64,000 bases of DNA from Candidatus Cloacimonadales bacterium (GCA_963665815.1 OY762463.1:2240001-2304000); one strand, 5' to 3'; numbered from the stretch's first letter, positions 49,319 through 60,069 are shown. Numbers and translations: made by a program. Notes: a model not told the origin generated them from the sequence alone.

Positions 49319-50521
49319 ATGAACATAAAAAAATATATAATTATCGCTTTTTCGTGTTTAGCATTTATCGGATGCACAACTAACACAAAATCCGTAGTAC
49401 CGAATAAAACTGAGCCGGTGAAACAGATTGAACCAATTGAGAAAGCTCAGATTTCAGAAGCTCCGGTAAAGGCAGAGTCTGCTCCCACAAAAATTATAGG
49501 AGCTGCAAAAATTGATTCTGTCAGAAAGATTGAACAACCTGCAGAAACTCAGGAACCTGAACGTAATTATACTATTATCGGGACAGGCGATATAATGCCC
49601 GGAACTAACTTCCCGTCGGTGAAGTACCTTCCACCAGATAACGGCAGGAATCTCATTTCTGCTGAAGTTACAGAAATTCTTAAGTCGGCAGATGTAACTT
49701 TCGGAAATCTGGAAGGTGCTGTACTTAACGAGGGTGATTCACCTAAGACCAAGAAATACCTGTTCCGTATCCCGGAAGACCTTACCTGGATTCTCACCCA
49801 TAACGGATATGACGTAATGAGTTTGGCAAATAACCATGCGGGAGATTTTGTCGATCTTGGCAGAAAAGGCACAATGCGGACTCTTGACAGACTGGGGATA
49901 GAGTATGCCGGCTTGACCGAGTGTCCTCAGACAACATTTGTAAAAGATGGAGTAAAATATGGTTTTGCTGCGTTTGCTCCGTTTCGCGGATGTAAAAATA
50001 ATCACTTGAAGAGTGAGATGACCGGGATTATAAACAATCTGGCAAAGGAAAACGATATTGTCATAGTCTCCTACCATGTCGGAGCAGAAGGGGCTAAAGC
50101 AACCCATGTGACGAGAGAAACAGATTATTTTATGGGGGAAGACAGAGGAAACGTATATCAGATTGCCAGAGATGCAATTGATGCCGGAGCGGATATTGTT
50201 TTCATGCATGGTCCGCACGTAGTCAGAGCAGTAGATTTATATAAAGATCGTTTTATCGCATATAGCCTGGGTAACTTCTGTACCTGGGGAAGATTCAACC
50301 TGAATGGTCCTAACGCAATTGCTCCCATTGTGAAAGTTGAAGTCAACAAAGAAGGTGAGTTCCAGTCTGGTAATATATTCTCTGCACACCAGAATTATGC
50401 TCATGGTCCCTGGCTTGATGCTCAGAACAGAGCGGTCAAAGAGATTTCCCGTCTGACTTCTGAGGATATTCCAGAAGCTGAACTGATTATCCACGAAGAC
50501 GGCAGGATCGAGAGGAAATGA
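49319..50521 (+). CDS. CapA/PGA_cap family metallophosphoesterase-like lipoprotein
   Basis: Lipobox FIGC; GDIM, GNLEG, SLANNH..D, VSYH.G.E, HGPHV, AYSLGNF. Confidence 0.9.
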   Translation: MNIKKYIIIAFSCLAFIGCTTNTKSVVPNKTEPVKQIEPIEKAQISEAPVKAESAPTKIIGAAKIDSVRKIEQPAETQEPERNYTIIGTGDIMPGTNFPSVKYLPPDNGRNLISAEVTEILKSADVTFGNLEGAVLNEGDSPKTKKYLFRIPEDLTWILTHNGYDVMSLANNHAGDFVDLGRKGTMRTLDRLGIEYAGLTECPQTTFVKDGVKYGFAAFAPFRGCKNNHLKSEMTGIINNLAKENDIVIVSYHVGAEGAKATHVTRETDYFMGEDRGNVYQIARDAIDAGADIVFMHGPHVVRAVDLYKDRFIAYSLGNFCTWGRFNLNGPNAIAPIVKVEVNKEGEFQSGNIFSAHQNYAHGPWLDAQNRAVKEISRLTSEDIPEAELIIHEDGRIERK

Positions 50522-50583
50522 GTAAATTAGCTGAGTTATCTTGATTTACTTGACAAAATAAATATCGTTCTTATAAAAAAAAT

Positions 50584-50889
50584 TTGATTTTATCAAAATT
50601 GACCATAGATGAAGCAGCAATTGCTCAGTACGCAGAACAACACCATATTGCAGAAATGTATGTGTTTGACTCAGCTCTCAGAGATGATTTTAATGATTCA
50701 AGTGATATTGATATTCTTGTTTCATTTGATCAGAACACTGAAATTTCTTATTTTGATATACTGGAAATAAAACGGGTGCTATCTGATTTCTTCAACAGAA
50801 AAGTTGATCTCGTAGAGAAAGAAGCACTTGTAAATCCATATAGAAAAAAAGAAATATTCAGAACAGCGAGGAAGCTCTATGGAAGTTAG
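50584..50889 (+). CDS. Minimal nucleotidyltransferase (MNT/MntA-type antitoxin), orphan, possibly inactive
   Basis: VFDSALRDDF...SDIDILV...RKVDLV...NPY; the canonical FGS reads FDS. Confidence 0.8.
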   Translation: MILSKLTIDEAAIAQYAEQHHIAEMYVFDSALRDDFNDSSDIDILVSFDQNTEISYFDILEIKRVLSDFFNRKVDLVEKEALVNPYRKKEIFRTARKLYGS

Positions 50890-50904
50890 TCTCTGCGAAA
50901 CCTT

Positions 50905-51534
50905 CTAATACTCATACACTTTATCAAAATTCCTGATAAACTCATTTCTGATTGCAGAAATTATCTGCTGATGTGTTAAACTATAACCTTCTTTTACAAT
51001 AGAAGTCACAAACTCATCGTGAGAACGCCCTTTACGGTAATCCGGTTCTCTTTCAGGATGAGCCAGATACTGTGTGATTCTGCTGATCTCCTCTCCCAGA
51101 TTAAGCACAGCATGATAGAATATGTGGTTCTCTCTTCGGTAGATAGAACAGCCTAGAATCTTTTTGTCGTTTATGCAGATATCTGATATACCCTTGTAAT
51201 ACAGATTCCTGATTCCGATAGTTTCCAATGCTTTTATAATAACCGTGTTAATCTGCTCAAAGAAATCTTTCGATCTTATTCTGCTCTCGGGATTGTATGA
51301 CAGAGATATAATAACCATTCTGGGTGACAAAAATACTGTTTCACCACCTGATGGGCGTTTCATGATTACAGTATTGTCCTTTTCCACAGCTTCTTTGTTT
51401 ACAACATTCTCTGCTTTATTGCTCTGCCCGATAACGATATAGTCCTGATCCGGTATCCATAACTTGAAATGGAATCCGGGTTCGGTCTTCAGGTAAAGGA
51501 ACTGATCCGGTAAGTTATATTCTATAATATTCAT
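50905..51534 (-). CDS. Lipoate-protein ligase A family (BPL/LplA/LipB) catalytic domain protein
   Basis: VIGQSN, KRPSGGETV, GISDICINDKKILG, YHAVL, P.REPDYRKGRSHDEFVT. Confidence 0.85.
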   Translation of the reverse strand: MNIIEYNLPDQFLYLKTEPGFHFKLWIPDQDYIVIGQSNKAENVVNKEAVEKDNTVIMKRPSGGETVFLSPRMVIISLSYNPESRIRSKDFFEQINTVIIKALETIGIRNLYYKGISDICINDKKILGCSIYRRENHIFYHAVLNLGEEISRITQYLAHPEREPDYRKGRSHDEFVTSIVKEGYSLTHQQIISAIRNEFIRNFDKVYEY

Positions 51535-51679
51535 CAATATCCCTTTAAGTGTTTTCCATGAATGTAGAAATAGATGATAAATTGTCCAGAGAAAATAAAA
51601 ATTGGCAATTCTCATTTTCGATAAATCTTAATCTTTAATCGAAATATAATAACTTGTGCTTTGCAGGAAAAATGCCCTC

Positions 51680-51820
51680 TTCATTTTCTTTGATGCCAAA
51701 GAAAAGAAGCAAAAGAAAGTCACTCTTTTTCAAAATGTATTTCCAGTAAACTGGAACCATAAATCTTCCCTAAAATCCTTCCAAGGCTTCAGGATTTCTT
51801 AACGGAAAGATTTCTTATAC
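51680..51820 (-). repeat. Structured dispersed intergenic element, copy B
   Basis: Reverse complement matches 22421-22564. Confidence 0.85.
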
Positions 51821-51905
51821 GGATGAAAAAGAGAAAATTCCATGAATTTATTTGTAGTACTTTATATACACATTATTCAGAACTTTTGGAGATTTTACTC
51901 AAGAT

Positions 51906-51948
51906 AAAAACTGCCGGACAGAATCCGCCTCTTGATTCGGTCCGACAG
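51906..51948 (-). terminator. Rho-independent terminator of the oxidoreductase gene
   Basis: Minus strand CTGTCGGACCGAATC-AAGAGGCG-GATTCTGTCCGGCAG-TTTTT. Confidence 0.7.
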
Positions 51949-52047
51949 AATATCACTCAACTTAGTCAGCTTCACATCCTCCAGACATTGCAAAGCTCAA
52001 AAGGAGTAATTATGTACGAAGGTTACTTTGATTTATGTTAAACTTTT

Positions 52048-53517
52048 TTAAGCACTCTCTGCGAATATATTTTTCTCAGGAACATTTTTTTGTTTCAAGG
52101 TGTTAACCGTTGCATCAATCATTGGTTTTGGACCGCACATATAGACTTTTCTGTCAGATACTTCCAGATCCTTGATTACATCTGTAACAAAACCTTTTTG
52201 TCCTGCCCAGTTCTCATCGCTGGCAACAACCTTTATTAACTCAAGTCTGTGACACATGCTTTCCAGCTCTTTATACTGCTCTTCATAGAGGAACTCCTCT
52301 TCCTTGTTAACGCCATAAACAAGCGTCATTTTCTTCACATTCCCTGATTCCTGCATAATATCCTTAATCAATGGAATAAACGGAGTAATACCGATGCCAC
52401 CGGCAACAAACAAAAGGTTTTCAGCTTTTTTATCAACTATCAGTTCGTGTCCAAGCGGACCTTCCAGGGTGACTTTATCACCGAGTTTAAACTGATCAAA
52501 AATGATGTGAGTTCCATAGCCTTTATTGACCTTTTTAACAGTTATGGAAAGACTTCTGCCATCCTCGTTAAATGATGAGATTGTGTATGATCTGTACATT
52601 ACAGGTTCTTCCTTAATTCTCACCATAATAAACTGTCCCGCTTTGTAGTCGATCTTTTCCGGTGTAATAAAACTGAATGTGTATTCTCTTGTGTCATCTT
52701 TGAGTTGCCTCACAGATAAAATCTCTGCCTTGATAATCTGTCGCTGCTCAAATCCTGCCAGATCAGCTTCAGCAGCAATCTTCTCGGCCTTTTTCTGAGT
52801 AGCAAGAGACAATAGACTTGATCCGCAATTGTAAACACATGTAGCGCATTTAATGCAGCGTTCATCTTCTATCTGGTTTGTTTCAGGATTGAAACTCAGA
52901 TACGGATCAAGCTGCATAGGACAAACTCGGGCACATTTTCCACATGCCTGACATTTCTCAACAGCCTCAACTGTTACAAGCTTATCTGTTTTAATATTTG
53001 CTTTAGTTTTTTTGGCTGCTTTGTAACTTAACCCCTGGATTGATCCCATAGGACAAACCTTACACCATGACCTTGGAGCAACCAGTAATGAAAAGGCTGT
53101 TCCGAGCACTGTTGTTATCAGATAATTTACTACGAATATATAACCGAATTTATCGAAAAATGAAACTGTGCCCCAGATTCTGGATACACTATAAATTCTT
53201 TTGCCGAACATATACATGAACCAGATAAACATAAGGCTGATTACTATTTTAGACTTAAAGAATTTCGGAAATTGCTTATTAAGACTGAAAGGCATTATGA
53301 ACCTGTCGAAAAGCGATCCGTGGGGACATATGTTTCCACACCAATAACGTCCCTTGAGAAACCCGGTTACCATAAGAGCCAGCATCATGGGGATAATCAG
53401 CAATCCCAGTTTAGGGTACCATAAACCGCCAACAGCAACAAGCGGGATGAATATCCAGGCATGCTTCCTTACCGGAGTAAAGATTCTGTTAGTTTTAATG
53501 TTATAATACTTTTCCAT
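52048..53517 (-). CDS. Membrane 4Fe-4S (NapH/RdxA-like) protein fused to an FAD/NAD(P)H-binding ferredoxin-reductase domain
   Basis: 4 TM helices; WCGNICP and WCKVCP; CQACGKCARVCP and CIKCATCVYNC; RSYTI, GPLG, AGGIGITP, YMCGP. Start ATG 53517 after AGGAG. Confidence 0.9.
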   Translation of the reverse strand: MEKYYNIKTNRIFTPVRKHAWIFIPLVAVGGLWYPKLGLLIIPMMLALMVTGFLKGRYWCGNICPHGSLFDRFIMPFSLNKQFPKFFKSKIVISLMFIWFMYMFGKRIYSVSRIWGTVSFFDKFGYIFVVNYLITTVLGTAFSLLVAPRSWCKVCPMGSIQGLSYKAAKKTKANIKTDKLVTVEAVEKCQACGKCARVCPMQLDPYLSFNPETNQIEDERCIKCATCVYNCGSSLLSLATQKKAEKIAAEADLAGFEQRQIIKAEILSVRQLKDDTREYTFSFITPEKIDYKAGQFIMVRIKEEPVMYRSYTISSFNEDGRSLSITVKKVNKGYGTHIIFDQFKLGDKVTLEGPLGHELIVDKKAENLLFVAGGIGITPFIPLIKDIMQESGNVKKMTLVYGVNKEEEFLYEEQYKELESMCHRLELIKVVASDENWAGQKGFVTDVIKDLEVSDRKVYMCGPKPMIDATVNTLKQKNVPEKNIFAESA

Positions 53518-53889
53518 GAATTCTCCTGTAATTTTGTTTTGATGCAAAATTCTTGACAGTATGAAATATGTCAACATATTTTTCATACTTATCATATTTG
53601 ATATATTTGTTTTATTCAGGATTGATCATTTAAGTGGATATATAATATTTAATTGTAGAGAGTTAAAGCTATAAATGAAGTTAAAGACACTATTTGGCAA
53701 AGTCTATGATGTTATAACGTTATTGAAGGGACAAATAGCATTTGAGGGACATTACATCAACGATGCAAAGCGGTTTTATCAACAAATCCTTAATCCAGAT
53801 GGTCAAGTTCACACAAGCTATAGCAATGCATGCACTGCGTATTCAATTCACAAAAACCAGATACTCGTTTGTCTATGCGATGCGCTATC

Positions 53890-56415
53890 CTAACTCTCTG
53901 TTACAACCTCTTCTGTTTTCTTTCTGATATTAAACCAGTATCCCACACCAAGCAGGGCAAGATTAATCAACAAAGCAAACAATGACAGATAATGGGTATG
54001 AGTGAAAACAGCCGGAGCAAATTTCAGTTCAACCTTATGGTTTCCGGCAGGAACAACAATTGACTGAATTGCATGGTTAGTCTTGTAGATTTCGGTTTCC
54101 TTGCCGTCAATAAAAGCTTTCCAGCCCGGTTTATAATGAACATCGGAGAGCACCATCAGAGATGTACTGTCATTCTTTGTATCGTAGTCAATCCTGTTAG
54201 GATCAAGATGAGTTACTTTAATGGATGCGTTTGCCGGAATGTTTATTTCTGCTTGCAGTTCCTGTTCAAGAATCGCACTGTGTAAAACATTGAACTTATC
54301 ACTATTCAGCAGTTTAAACCTATCTGCTCTCGTTTCTGCAATTGTTAAATCACCAACAAACCAGGCTCTACCGGGGGCTTCCAGATTTTCATAGAGGAAT
54401 TTCTTAGCTATCCTATCCATTTTCACAAACTTAAACTTATCGAATGGAGCTTGTTGAGGTAATTGAGAATCAGCAATAACGTATTTAGCATTGAGCATAT
54501 TAGGAATGTTTCTGCTGAACACAGGCACCTGCCCCATCTGACCTATTACACCAAAATCACGCACATCCTGATAAATCCGCAGTTTAGCGGGATTGTATCC
54601 GCCAATTGACTGATAATAAAATGAATAATCATTTGAGTTCCATATGTTTCCATTCAGCGGATAGACTCTGAAAGAGCTGAAATCGAGATCTTTATCATGA
54701 TGATTTATTATATATTTATCTATCTCTGTTTTCTTGAATACTGTGTTCTTCATCTCTGAATTCAAGGAGATATTTTGATATTCTCCATCAATTTTCCTGA
54801 GCAGATAACGGTGCTGAATCTGAATCATATCCACGAAAGAAACAAGGATAAGAATTACTGCGAGAAGATACTTATTCTTGAGCATTCCTCTTACAAATGC
54901 AATCATAGAAAGTAGTCCTATTATGGAGAACACCAGATATCTTACAGTATCAGAAGTAAGCATATCTTTCCTGATCGTTTTGAATATTTTAATATTCTGC
55001 TGATCATACTGAGATGCTTCTCTTGCAGTTGAATACTCGAATGCTCCAGATTGAATAAATGTAAATATTCCGATCAGAACAACTATTGCAGACACAATAT
55101 AAACTGTTTTTGCGACCTTTTTTCTGTCTTCATGGAAAAGTAGACTCTGTAAACCGAATCCTGCAAAAAGCAGAATTGAGAAGTTTATCATTACCACAAT
55201 CATGGCTGGAACCCTGAACTTATTGAATGCCGGAACATAGTTAAAGAAAAGATTATATAGTGCAGGAAAGTGTCTTCCCATTGAAAGCAGGAACGCAAAA
55301 AATGCAAATGTCAGAAAGGATATCACCAGTCTGGATCTGATGTTAAGTATAACACCTATCAATGCCAGAATAAATACAATTGCACCCATGTATTCAGATG
55401 TCTGAGTGAAAGGCATGTGCCCCCAGTATCCGGGAACAGCTCTGTCCTTAAGCTGAGGGAGAGAAGGATTACTTACGTCATAGAATTCCTGACTGGTTCC
55501 ACCGTGATAGCGTGGAATTATCATTCCCATTACTTCTGATGGGTGGAATGACCAGCCTGTTGCATAATCAATGCTGACACCTGTTGAATTTTCTTCACCT
55601 GTACCTCCACGGATTGAGTATGGAGTATATTCGGATATCAATGCCAGCATCTGATAAGAAACTCCAATAATCAATACTGCCGCAATCAGCAGAAAAACCA
55701 TTGATTTACCACGAAGATTCTTATTTCTGATCAGCTCTGCAATCATAACAAAGAACAACATGACTGCTGTATAAAAGATAATCTGATAGTGCTGGGTTCT
55801 TATCTGCCAGGTCTGAATCAAAGCAAACAAAGCCATGTTAAACAGATTAGGATTTCTCATCAGTTTCAAGAACAGATAAAGAATTAACGGCAGCAGCATA
55901 ATAGGTTTGAATTTCATGAAATGACCAATCTCGAGAAGATTAGCCCAGTGAATAGTAAACACAAAACTAATTGCACCAAAAAGGCAGACAGCATGTGAGA
56001 ATTTGAGATATCTGAATAAGAGGATAAAACCGATAGCTCCCATTATATAGTAAAGAATAGGTGTATAAAGAATAAATCCCATATAGCTGAACAACAGTTC
56101 CAGATGCCAGACAGATTTAATACTGTAATACAATGGCATACCTGAGAAAACCGTAGGGTTCCACAAAGCTTTTTCATGTGATTGTTTCTGCCATTCCTTG
56201 ACCAGATTCTGAGCCCCCTGATTTCCTATTACATCAACACCACCCGGACGGTAGCCCTGAAAAGCAAGAGGAAAAAATACTATTCCTATCAGCAGTACGA
56301 CAATTGCAATATTGATAAGAGTAGCATGCTTGAATAATACTTCCTGAATAGGCAGCTTTGCTGCTGTCTCATTGTTGTTAACAACTTTTTCCTGTTTTAC
56401 TTTCTTCTTTGCCAT
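53890..56415 (-). CDS. YfhO-family membrane protein (GT-C glycosyltransferase-like)
   Basis: LWNPTVFSGMP, HYQI.FY, WSFHP.E, YWG.MPFT...EY.G, FNKFRVP, SIGGY.PAKL..YQD, Y.PGWKA.IDG...VP.G.H.VE..F.P. Confidence 0.9.
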   Translation of the reverse strand: MAKKKVKQEKVVNNNETAAKLPIQEVLFKHATLINIAIVVLLIGIVFFPLAFQGYRPGGVDVIGNQGAQNLVKEWQKQSHEKALWNPTVFSGMPLYYSIKSVWHLELLFSYMGFILYTPILYYIMGAIGFILLFRYLKFSHAVCLFGAISFVFTIHWANLLEIGHFMKFKPIMLLPLILYLFLKLMRNPNLFNMALFALIQTWQIRTQHYQIIFYTAVMLFFVMIAELIRNKNLRGKSMVFLLIAAVLIIGVSYQMLALISEYTPYSIRGGTGEENSTGVSIDYATGWSFHPSEVMGMIIPRYHGGTSQEFYDVSNPSLPQLKDRAVPGYWGHMPFTQTSEYMGAIVFILALIGVILNIRSRLVISFLTFAFFAFLLSMGRHFPALYNLFFNYVPAFNKFRVPAMIVVMINFSILLFAGFGLQSLLFHEDRKKVAKTVYIVSAIVVLIGIFTFIQSGAFEYSTAREASQYDQQNIKIFKTIRKDMLTSDTVRYLVFSIIGLLSMIAFVRGMLKNKYLLAVILILVSFVDMIQIQHRYLLRKIDGEYQNISLNSEMKNTVFKKTEIDKYIINHHDKDLDFSSFRVYPLNGNIWNSNDYSFYYQSIGGYNPAKLRIYQDVRDFGVIGQMGQVPVFSRNIPNMLNAKYVIADSQLPQQAPFDKFKFVKMDRIAKKFLYENLEAPGRAWFVGDLTIAETRADRFKLLNSDKFNVLHSAILEQELQAEINIPANASIKVTHLDPNRIDYDTKNDSTSLMVLSDVHYKPGWKAFIDGKETEIYKTNHAIQSIVVPAGNHKVELKFAPAVFTHTHYLSLFALLINLALLGVGYWFNIRKKTEEVVTES

Positions 56416-56426
56416 TATATCCTCTC

Positions 56427-57710
56427 TCAGCAGAGTTTCTCGAATAATCCTGCCAGTTTTTGTGTTTGTTTCTTTCTGGAATACTCTTCCGGAATCCTAA
56501 CGGAAAGGTCAATACCTTTATTTTTTCTGTCAATCATCTCTTTAATAAAATTTGTTACACCCGAAACATCATTGTAATCAAACATATCTCCTGCTTCTGT
56601 ATTCTGCAGAATTTCAGAAGCTTCACCATTTACAGGTCCAATTCCCAGAGTTCTTACTCCTGAACCAAGGTAATCAAAAATTTTACCGGTAATAATACCC
56701 TTGTTATCCGGAACATTGTTAATTACAAGCAGTAAAAGATCGGACTCACACAGGCTCTTCAGCACTTCATTGTGAGGTACATAAGGCAGTTCTCTGAACA
56801 TATCCTCCACAGATGCTTCCTCTGTCAGTTTTCTCAGCATTGGACTTACATTACCAATGATTCTAACCTGCAAATTGTATCCTTCATCTTTCAGTATTCT
56901 TACGGATTTAATAAGCACATGTGGTACTCTGTCTTCGGTCATTGCTCCGGTGTATGTAATTGTAAAGATATCCCTTTTAGTCTTAGACATTGCAGAAAAA
57001 TCATCCTCATCAAATCCATTGGGGATAACTGCTGTATCCTTCAGGCGAGTTTTATCTTTGAAATATTCGATATTAACATCACTGATTGTTGTAACCATAT
57101 TTGAGTTACGCAATACAGATTTTTCCAGACCTTTATCAATCTTCACTGTCAGAGGAAACCTTTTAATACTCTGATAATGCACAAACTCAGACCAGGGATC
57201 TCGAAAATCCGTCACAATAGGAATTCCACTCAGTTCCGACAGTATTTTCGCGCCAATCTGTAAAGAATGAGGAGGAGATGTACAGAAAATAACATCCGGT
57301 TTTTCCTGCTTAATGATTTTCATCCCATTGTAAATCAAGAACGGAATCCAACCAACTCTGGCATCAGGAATAAACATGTTGAATCTGACCCAACGAGCCA
57401 GTTTCTTTTTAATAGACTCGTTTTCTCTGGCTATCAGTACATTTGTGGATATTTTACTGTCTTCCTTCTGTCCGGTAAATTTTTTATATAAATTGAACGG
57501 CTCAAGTGTGCGTGTTTTGTATATTTTGCAGTTTTCCGGAATTTCATTAATCAGAGAATTGTCAACAGCAGAATAATCTCCATCTTTGACTGTAAGTACA
57601 ATCGGTTTCCATCCGAACTCAGGCAGGTATTTCACAAATTTCAATACTCTCTGAACTCCGGGACCTCCGGCCGGCGGCCAGTAATATGTTATGAAAAGTG
57701 CTTTTCTCAT
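56427..57710 (-). CDS. Glycosyltransferase family 4
   Basis: YYWPPAGGPGVQRVLKFVKYL, IPDARVGW, TSPPHS, DFRDPW, IPNGFD, GKIFDYL. Confidence 0.92.
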   Translation of the reverse strand: MRKALFITYYWPPAGGPGVQRVLKFVKYLPEFGWKPIVLTVKDGDYSAVDNSLINEIPENCKIYKTRTLEPFNLYKKFTGQKEDSKISTNVLIARENESIKKKLARWVRFNMFIPDARVGWIPFLIYNGMKIIKQEKPDVIFCTSPPHSLQIGAKILSELSGIPIVTDFRDPWSEFVHYQSIKRFPLTVKIDKGLEKSVLRNSNMVTTISDVNIEYFKDKTRLKDTAVIPNGFDEDDFSAMSKTKRDIFTITYTGAMTEDRVPHVLIKSVRILKDEGYNLQVRIIGNVSPMLRKLTEEASVEDMFRELPYVPHNEVLKSLCESDLLLLVINNVPDNKGIITGKIFDYLGSGVRTLGIGPVNGEASEILQNTEAGDMFDYNDVSGVTNFIKEMIDRKNKGIDLSVRIPEEYSRKKQTQKLAGLFEKLC

Positions 57711-58705
57711 TTGTAAAAGTTTTTCTTGAAAGCAGAGAATGTAGCTTCCCCACTTGTTTTATTCTTCCAAAGGGCATCCAGAAATCCGGTTCCATAGCCC
57801 CAAAGTTGAGTGAATGATGCAACAATAGATAACCCGGCAACAAGAATGCTCTTGTTTTTCCTAAATGAGTCTGAAAAAATGATGATCTTGAATAATATCA
57901 GTGGAAGAGCAAATTTCTTCTTGAAAAAAGATAGAAAAATAAGAAGAAAAGATCCAAGTGTAAACACTGAAGGCAGCAAATGTACTATCTTGAGTGAACC
58001 TGGATGTTTTACAGAAAGGCTGATTCGCGCCATACCGGAATTGTATACCTGCTTGTAGAACTGCCAGAAGTTTGTACGTCGTTTATGGAAAACAAATGCT
58101 GCAGCTATCAATTTTGTTTTGAATCCTGATTTGATAATTCTGGTGCTGAAGTCTACATCTTCTCCGAATCGCATCCTGGCGAATCCACCGGTTTCTTCAA
58201 AAACTATTCGGGAAATCCCCATATTGAATGAACGGGGGTAAAATCTGTCCATTTTCTTCTTTCCACCACGAATTCCTCCTGTTGTGAGGAATGATGTCAT
58301 GGAATAGTTGATAGCTTTCTGCACAGGTGTAAATGAAGGATGTGCTTTGTCCGGTCCCCCAAATGCATCTACAGGGTTTTCCATCAGTTCATCTGTGACA
58401 ATCTGAGTATAATCTTCAGGTATGACACAATCAGAATCGAAAAAGATGAAGTAATCACCTTTTGCACGTTCTGCACCGTAATTTCTGGACAAACCCGGAC
58501 CAGAGTTTGATTTAAAGAAGTATTTTATTTTAAGATACGGATTGTATTTATCAAGCAGGTGATCGCATTTTTGAGAAGATCCATCTTCCACAATCACTAC
58601 CTCAAAGTTTTTTACTGTCTGAGAAACAAGACTTTCCAGAAGCTCATCAACTTCTTCAGGCCTGTTGTATACCGGGATTATGTATGATAACTCAGGCGTT
58701 TTCAT
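57707..58705 (-). CDS. Glycosyltransferase family 2
   Basis: IIPVYNRP, VEDGS, NSGPG.SRN.G, FFDSDC, RSFNMG, GEDVDFS; real start ATG 58705 overlaps the upstream gene end. Confidence 0.92.
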   Translation of the reverse strand: MKTPELSYIIPVYNRPEEVDELLESLVSQTVKNFEVVIVEDGSSQKCDHLLDKYNPYLKIKYFFKSNSGPGLSRNYGAERAKGDYFIFFDSDCVIPEDYTQIVTDELMENPVDAFGGPDKAHPSFTPVQKAINYSMTSFLTTGGIRGGKKKMDRFYPRSFNMGISRIVFEETGGFARMRFGEDVDFSTRIIKSGFKTKLIAAAFVFHKRRTNFWQFYKQVYNSGMARISLSVKHPGSLKIVHLLPSVFTLGSFLLIFLSFFKKKFALPLILFKIIIFSDSFRKNKSILVAGLSIVASFTQLWGYGTGFLDALWKNKTSGEATFSAFKKNFYK

Positions 58706-59246
58706 TATTTTGTTCAGTTTCCTGCTTTGGCTGTATTTTGTTAACAACAATAATATTCTTGAGAATTTCTCCGAATTCAATATTCAGATTTGTCTCCGCA
58801 ATACTATTCAGTATTTCCAGCATATTCGGGAAAGAAGCTGTGAAGGTCAGAGATTTTTCTCCACTATCGGTTTTATAGTTTATTGTAATGGATCTGGACT
58901 TACCTTTACCAAATTTTAGTTTGATAATATCTTTATAGTTTATTGCAACATTAGATTTTGCGATGTAGCAGAAAATCAGTTTATCTGATTCAAACCGGAT
59001 ATTATTAAGAGAATACATATTTTTCAAAAGAGAGTTCAATGCGAAAAAGATAATGAAGAATGGAGCAAATCTCGAAAATTTTGAAGCGTCCGGTCCTATC
59101 ATATACATGATGATATACATTCCATATACAATTGCTGCAATAGAAAGCAGCATAACAAACCATCTTACAAATTGATTAAAACTGTATGTCCTGGGAAATC
59201 CCTTCTTCTTATTTATATCAATTAAATCCTTTGTTCCGCTATTCAT
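58692..59246 (-). CDS. Hypothetical membrane protein (2 TM plus soluble domain)
   Basis: Two hydrophobic helices; overlaps both neighbours in an operon. Confidence 0.7.
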   Translation of the reverse strand: MNSGTKDLIDINKKKGFPRTYSFNQFVRWFVMLLSIAAIVYGMYIIMYMIGPDASKFSRFAPFFIIFFALNSLLKNMYSLNNIRFESDKLIFCYIAKSNVAINYKDIIKLKFGKGKSRSITINYKTDSGEKSLTFTASFPNMLEILNSIAETNLNIEFGEILKNIIVVNKIQPKQETEQNNENA

Positions 59247-60069
59247 TGTTTATTTTCTCCTTAAGCTCATATAGCATCTCAACGCACTCAAATGGTGCTG
59301 AAAAACTTCCCAGATTAACTATATCATTAGGTAATCCATGGAAATCTGTTCCTCCGGTATAAATCAGATTGTATTTCTCTGTAATGCTTTTGTAAAACTT
59401 AATACTATAAGGCAAATGCTTTATGTAATAAACCTCTATCCCCATTATACCCATATCTATCAAATCAAGCACTATAAAATCATCATTCAGTAAAATCGGA
59501 TGAGCCAGAACAGGTATCCCTTTTGATTTTTTAATCATTGCAATTACTTCTTTAGGTGAAGGAGTCTGCTTGGGAACAAAACCTTTGCATTTATCTCCGA
59601 TATATTCATCAAAAGCCTGCTGATAATGTGAAACATATTTTTTTTCCAGTAAGGCTCTGGCAATATGAGGTCGACCAATAATATTTCTATCCCCGGCAAT
59701 TCTCATAAGCTGATCCATATCAATAGAGAATTTCCAGAGATCATATAGTTTTTTAATAATTTTCTCAGCTCTGTAAATCCTCTCGTCTTTGATCAGATTG
59801 AGCATAGAGATCAATTCTTCGTTCTGCTCGAAATTATAGCCGAGAATATGAACATCTCTGCCATTATAAGTCGCACTAATTTCCACTCCCGGAATAATAT
59901 GCGGATCATCAGGTTCAAGATTGTCATAAAGATCATTATATGCATCAATGTTATCATGATCAGTAATGGACAGGTACTTATAGCCTTTTTTCTTGTACAT
60001 ATTCAGAATTGACCTGACATCAAGTGTTCCATCCGAGTTATCCGAGTGTATATGTAAATCTACTTTCAT
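59239..60069 (-). CDS. PHP domain metal-dependent phosphoesterase (TrpH/YciV-like)
   Basis: DLHIHS..SDG, ITDHD, GVEIS, HILGY, GRPHIA, VLAHP, GGTDFHG. Confidence 0.93.
   Translation of the reverse strand: MKVDLHIHSDNSDGTLDVRSILNMYKKKGYKYLSITDHDNIDAYNDLYDNLEPDDPHIIPGVEISATYNGRDVHILGYNFEQNEELISMLNLIKDERIYRAEKIIKKLYDLWKFSIDMDQLMRIAGDRNIIGRPHIARALLEKKYVSHYQQAFDEYIGDKCKGFVPKQTPSPKEVIAMIKKSKGIPVLAHPILLNDDFIVLDLIDMGIMGIEVYYIKHLPYSIKFYKSITEKYNLIYTGGTDFHGLPNDIVNLGSFSAPFECVEMLYELKEKINNE

Noticed and set aside
51823-52041. 72-aa ORF next to the structured repeat (possible mobilising protein)
   Set aside because: No recognisable motif, and it overlaps the repeat edge and a terminator hairpin.
53675-53927. 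Short + strand ORFs between the oxidoreductase and yfhO-like genes
   Set aside because: No RBS or family motif recognised; cannot be supported.
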